From IMG/VR virus record IMGVR_UViG_3300033177_000001: a stretch of 20,000 bases of DNA; one strand, given 5' to 3'. The translations under genes were made by a program, and so were the position numbers. Under the pieces are notes generated by a model. It ran no database searches. It was not told the DNA's origin and worked only from the letters and a program-made list of their open reading frames with translations. The number at the start of each line of letters is the position of its first letter. The first letter of the stretch is position 1. Origin of the DNA: an uncultured virus (IMG/VR IMGVR_UViG_3300033177_000001) (Duplodnaviria; Heunggongvirae; Uroviricota; Caudoviricetes). This document shows positions 15,583-20,000 of the stretch, piece after piece.

Positions 15583-16920
15583 ATGAGTTTGATGCCTAGA
15601 GGCAGCGACGATATCGCCGGTCTTCTCGGCGTGGGGGCGCTTGTCGGGGCGTTGTCCGGGGCGCGCGCTCCGAAGAGGGGTTCGCGTCCGGGGCTGCTTT
15701 CCACGCTCCTCGCGAGAAGCATAGAGGAGGAGCGTGCGGCGCAGGAGGCGCGCATACGGCAGGAGCAGGCGCAGATGGCGTTCCTCGGGAGCATCGCGCC
15801 GAAGATGCTGGAGATGGGTATCCCAATGGGGAACATCTTCAACGACGATGTGTACGCCCGGCTCGGGATGAATCCGGATGAGATGAACAAGGCGATCACC
15901 ACGGTTGCCGTAAAAGGAATGCTTCCCGCATTGCAGCAGTACGCGCCGCACGCGACGCAGGATCAGTTGGCAGGGTTGGCTTCCGGGGATTACCACAGAG
16001 CGGCGGACTTCTTCGTGTCCGACGCGAACCGCGATGTGCATCGGAACGCCGCGCTCTTCCCGGCGCTGGTGCAGCAGCTCGGAAGCGCGAACGGGCTGTT
16101 GGCGCTGTCGGGTATGACTCCGGACGGGAGAGCGATGTCGGGCGACGGTTCGATGTTCAGCAATACCGGCGGGTATCTTTCGGTGCTCGGCGAGGGGTTG
16201 AAGGGGGCGCAGGACGCCGAGTTCCGCAGGGCGGATACGTTGGACGCGAACAGCATGGGGCGGCGCAGGGCGTTGCAGGACAGGAAGTATGCGCAGGATG
16301 TGGCGTTGGTCGACAGGGAAAACTCGTGGAAGCTGATACAGACTGGTATGCCTCTTGGGGTCGATGGACTTGATCTATCCGATCCGAAGGGTTCTATTGA
16401 AAAGGTGTCCAAGGCTGTGAGGGAGGGACGCGTGTCGGCGACGCAGGGAGCGAAGGACGTTGAACGGATGAAGGTTGTCGACGCTTTCAACGAGGATTTG
16501 AAAAAAACAGTTCTGCCGTGGTTCGCCGCGCCGAAGGGGAAAGATGGGGGAGAAGACCCGGTCGAGGCCGAAAGAAGGAAGAGGACGGGTGTCGTCGACT
16601 CCGGGCCGGATTATGCGAATCTGAAGAAGAGCGTGGGAGCTCTCATCGAGATGCATTACCCAAGACTGGCGAGCGTGGGGTATCCGGAAGAGGATATTCT
16701 AAAGTTCACGAGTCAGATCGGGGTTCCGGCGTATGGGCCGCAAGCTGTCGAACAGGGGGTCGAATTGCTTTTCAGGAAGAAAAAGGCCGCTGCTGAAAAG
16801 AGTGATCCGATGACGCGAAAAGCTTTTTACGAGAATCAGGAAGATATTTACAGACAAACGTTCATCGAAGTTTTGGGGAACTTGGAGAAATCAGGGATAG
16901 TGTACGGGATTTTACGATAG
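15583..16920 (+). CDS. Putative internal virion/ejection protein
   Basis: SD GGAGGTGA at 15569-15576, start ATG15583 (or TTG15580). N-terminal Gly-rich hydrophobic IAGLLGVGALVGALSG followed by a coiled coil EEERAAQEARIRQEQAQ. Confidence 0.62.
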   Translation: MSLMPRGSDDIAGLLGVGALVGALSGARAPKRGSRPGLLSTLLARSIEEERAAQEARIRQEQAQMAFLGSIAPKMLEMGIPMGNIFNDDVYARLGMNPDEMNKAITTVAVKGMLPALQQYAPHATQDQLAGLASGDYHRAADFFVSDANRDVHRNAALFPALVQQLGSANGLLALSGMTPDGRAMSGDGSMFSNTGGYLSVLGEGLKGAQDAEFRRADTLDANSMGRRRALQDRKYAQDVALVDRENSWKLIQTGMPLGVDGLDLSDPKGSIEKVSKAVREGRVSATQGAKDVERMKVVDAFNEDLKKTVLPWFAAPKGKDGGEDPVEAERRKRTGVVDSGPDYANLKKSVGALIEMHYPRLASVGYPEEDILKFTSQIGVPAYGPQAVEQGVELLFRKKKAAAEKSDPMTRKAFYENQEDIYRQTFIEVLGNLEKSGIVYGILR

Positions 16921-16932
16921 GAGGTTTCGCGT

Positions 16933-19900
16933 GTGAAAAATTTCTTTGACGACGAGTTCGCTTCGGAGGAGGCGAAGGCGGGAAGTCCTCTGGATGTCCT
17001 TTTCTCCGATATTGATATTGATAAGGTTCTCTCGTCTGCTCCGATGTTCGGTGGAACATATGCTCAAACGCTTGCTCGGAAAAAGTCGGACGAGGTGAAA
17101 ACTCCAGAACAGGCTCCGTCGTTGTTTGAGAGATTTTTCAAGCGCGAGAAGGAGCCGGACGCATACGGCGGCATTACGCCGTATGCCGTTTTTCCTGAGA
17201 GGAAGAATAATGTTGCCCCCGCCCTTCCCGACCCAGTCTGGGAAATGGAGTCGGCGCTGCGCGCCGAGGCGGCGCGGCGCATTGAGAACCCGACGACGTT
17301 CGGCGATTTCGTGAACCGCGCTTTCGACAGGAATGTCGTCGCGGCTGCGAAAGGTGTGCGGGACGTGCTGCTCGGGGCGGATCAGCCTGTGCGGGAGAAG
17401 GAACCGCCGAAGGCGATGTCGTTTGCGGCGATGTACGACGCCGACGCCGCCCGCCGCGCGGAGGAGCTGAAGGCGAAGGCCGAAGCGGAGCGAAAGCTGC
17501 AAGCCGCGTTCGATGCCGGTGAGAGACAGCGCAGGGAAAAGAGCGGCATGGGGCTGTATATCCCGGAGTCGGTGGACATGGCTTCGTCCGGAACGCTTCC
17601 CGACGAGGAAGCCGTGCGGCGGGTGCTGGCGAGCGCGGTGTCGCCGGTCGTGGAGAAGGATGCCGAACTTCCTCCGGACAGATCGCTGCTTGAGAAGATG
17701 TCCGATCCGCAATGGCAGTACGAGATGGAGAGGAACATCGCCAGGATAAAGGAAGCGGAAGCTATTAAAGCGAAGGGGGAGACTGAATCTCCTTCTGTCT
17801 CCGGCAAGAGGGAAGCGAAGCGTTCGTATGCGGGGCCGGATGATTTGATCGATCTTTCCGGTGTGGATTTGGACTCCGCGCATTTCGGCAAGGCGATACG
17901 GAACATCATTCCGGGATATGTCGATAGCATGTCGAAATCCACGCTTGTGTCTGCGTTTGAAAAAGAACAAGCGAGACAGGCGAAAGGCGCTGAAAACATA
18001 TTCAAGGAGACGGACGCTTATCTGGGAACGCGCCGTCCTACAGAAGAGGATATTGCGCGGATTAAGTCGGAACCTGCTGTTCCTTTTTCTCTTGAAGGCG
18101 GGAGACAGTCCGGTCTTACCGATGTCGAAGCGGCAATGCTTATGCAGGCCGACGCGGCGGAACGCAAGGGCGATTTTGAAAAAGCGAAAAGGCTGCGCGA
18201 AACGGTCGGCAAACACGTCGTCGATCTTGCGGAAACGGCGGATGCGATGGCGAAGTGGAGTGAAAAGAACCGCGTGCAGTACGAGCGCCCGGCGGGTTAT
18301 TGGCACAATGCGATACTGAACACTATCGAGAGTTCCGGACACACCATAGGAAGCGCCATACGCTCCGGGGCGGCGTGGGCGCTCGGCGGAATCGTCGGCG
18401 CGTTGACGATGAGTTTTATCAACAGTGGGTTGGAAGCGGAATCCGAAGCGGGGCAGGCACTGCATCGCCTGATTGAAAAGGGAGAGAAGTCTCCGGAGGA
18501 GATGCGCAAAGCCGTGGAAGCGGCAAGGGGTCGCAATGTTGCGCTTCTTTCTGTGACGAATCCGCTTGGTGACTGGTTGCTGTTCGGCACTGGGAAGATT
18601 GCGTCGAGCGTGGCGAAGGCTATTCCGGGGAAAACAGTGCTTGCGAAAACCATGCGCGAAGCTGTGCAGAGGATTTTTCCGTTCGTCGCGAGCGGCGCTC
18701 CGGAAGCGGTGGAAGAGATGGGGCAGACATACATCACGAGTCTTGCCACCGGCGATCCGCTGAAGGAGAACGAATTAAGGGATTCCGCAGTGCAAGGGTT
18801 TCTCGGACGCTTCATCTATGGAGGGGTTGGCAAAGCCGCGAGGAGCGTTGTCAACTTTACGAAAGAATCGCTTTTGAAGGGGAAATCATCTGCGGTCACG
18901 GAATCTTTCCTTGCCGGAGTGGTGCTTTCGCAACGCGGAAAATCCTTTATGGAGAACGCGGAAGCCGTCGCTAAGTTCAATAAGGTTGACGGTGTGGACA
19001 AACTTGAAATCGCACTGATGCCAGAAGGGCTTCAGCGGGATTACTTCCTTCTTCAAAGAGCGCAGGAACTTATAGAAGATGGGAAATATACCGAAGCAAC
19101 AGACTTGATGACTGGGAAGATGCGCGGAGAAGAAGCCGATGCGTTGATATTCACGCCGAAAGCGCTTGCTTTCAAAGCGTTGAGCGAGACGAAGGTTCGT
19201 CTTGACAAGGAGAAAGCCGCTGAATCCGAGTATGGCGTTCTTGACGTAGCCGACGCGTTCATGGAGGAAAAGGATTACGACGGCGCGCTGCGCGTGTTGA
19301 ACGCATATAACGGGAAAAGTATCGACGCCCCCGTCTCCGCCGTCGAAGACGCGAAGGCCGAGGAAGCGAAGGCCGAAGAGGCGAAGGGCGCGCCCGTCGA
19401 GTCGGAGGTTGTCGAAGCGCCTGTTGACTTGGACGATATCAAGTTCACGGAAGAAGAGCTGCGGAAGAGATCGGACGAGACGCCCTCCAGCACTACCGTG
19501 GAAGTGACGGTCCCCAGCGAGGGTACTGTTGTTGTCAACGGGAACAATGCGCAGGAAGTGCTCGACGAAGTGGGAAAGGCGCTTGCGGAAGATGCGGAAG
19601 TCGTCTCCTCGACGTCGGTTTCTTCGACGCCCCTTCCCTTAACCCCCGCTCCCGCTTCCTGGTGGCAGGACGCCGAGATCGTCGATGCGGAGCGCGCATT
19701 GGTGAAGGCGCGGGTGAAAAAGGATTTGATCGCCGCCGGGACGTCCGAGGAAGTCGCCGAGGCGCAGAGCGCGGTGATGGCGCAGGGTGTAGTGGCGTCC
19801 GCGAGGCGCGAGGCAAATCCCGATCTTTCGCCGCTGGCGTGGTATGAGAAGTTCGCTCCGAGCATCGGAATGGGCAAGGCTCCTGCGGCGAAGGCTCCTG

Positions 19901-20000
19901 CTGTGAAGGAGGAAGTCGCGCCGGTGAACGTCGAAGTTGCACCGACTACGCCTCCGACGGTTGAGGCCCCCGCTCCCAAGGGTTCTCTCGTTGACAACGG
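16933..20000 (+). CDS. Very large virion-associated protein (at least 1022 aa, runs off window); probable large polyvalent/internal core protein
   Basis: Missing from the ORF track because it has no stop. SD AGGAGG at 16919-16924, GTG16933 (MKNFFDDEFASEEAK...). Frame 1 read by hand is open to 20000. Contains AAWALGGIVGALTMSF and GAPEAVEEMGQTYITSLATG segments. Confidence 0.85.
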   Translation, partial: MKNFFDDEFASEEAKAGSPLDVLFSDIDIDKVLSSAPMFGGTYAQTLARKKSDEVKTPEQAPSLFERFFKREKEPDAYGGITPYAVFPERKNNVAPALPDPVWEMESALRAEAARRIENPTTFGDFVNRAFDRNVVAAAKGVRDVLLGADQPVREKEPPKAMSFAAMYDADAARRAEELKAKAEAERKLQAAFDAGERQRREKSGMGLYIPESVDMASSGTLPDEEAVRRVLASAVSPVVEKDAELPPDRSLLEKMSDPQWQYEMERNIARIKEAEAIKAKGETESPSVSGKREAKRSYAGPDDLIDLSGVDLDSAHFGKAIRNIIPGYVDSMSKSTLVSAFEKEQARQAKGAENIFKETDAYLGTRRPTEEDIARIKSEPAVPFSLEGGRQSGLTDVEAAMLMQADAAERKGDFEKAKRLRETVGKHVVDLAETADAMAKWSEKNRVQYERPAGYWHNAILNTIESSGHTIGSAIRSGAAWALGGIVGALTMSFINSGLEAESEAGQALHRLIEKGEKSPEEMRKAVEAARGRNVALLSVTNPLGDWLLFGTGKIASSVAKAIPGKTVLAKTMREAVQRIFPFVASGAPEAVEEMGQTYITSLATGDPLKENELRDSAVQGFLGRFIYGGVGKAARSVVNFTKESLLKGKSSAVTESFLAGVVLSQRGKSFMENAEAVAKFNKVDGVDKLEIALMPEGLQRDYFLLQRAQELIEDGKYTEATDLMTGKMRGEEADALIFTPKALAFKALSETKVRLDKEKAAESEYGVLDVADAFMEEKDYDGALRVLNAYNGKSIDAPVSAVEDAKAEEAKAEEAKGAPVESEVVEAPVDLDDIKFTEEELRKRSDETPSSTTVEVTVPSEGTVVVNGNNAQEVLDEVGKALAEDAEVVSSTSVSSTPLPLTPAPASWWQDAEIVDAERALVKARVKKDLIAAGTSEEVAEAQSAVMAQGVVASARREANPDLSPLAWYEKFAPSIGMGKAPAAKAPAVKEEVAPVNVEVAPTTPPTVEAPAPKGSLVDN

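Overview
The whole window is one + strand, tightly packed virion morphogenesis operon of a GC-rich tailed phage or prophage. It looks podovirus-like, since no tail tube, sheath or tape measure gene is seen. Gene order: 3' end of a terminase ATPase ORF, a separate terminase nuclease ORF, portal, small conserved ORF, a hairpin-rich intergenic region, scaffold, N4-gp56-family major capsid protein, two tandem paralogous putative decoration proteins, a small ORF with a HeH/Rho-N-like tail, head-tail adaptor, tail nozzle, six putative internal virion/ejection ORFs, and a giant ORF of over 1000 aa that runs off the window and is missing from the ORF track. The main oddities are in the DNA-packaging genes. 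The portal is interrupted by a 345-aa Met-initiated intein with the class 3 W-C-T signature and a LAGLIDADG endonuclease whose first motif reads LGNG instead of LGDG. The large terminase is split into two overlapping ORFs in different frames. All calls come from manual motif recognition and synteny; no database search was run.
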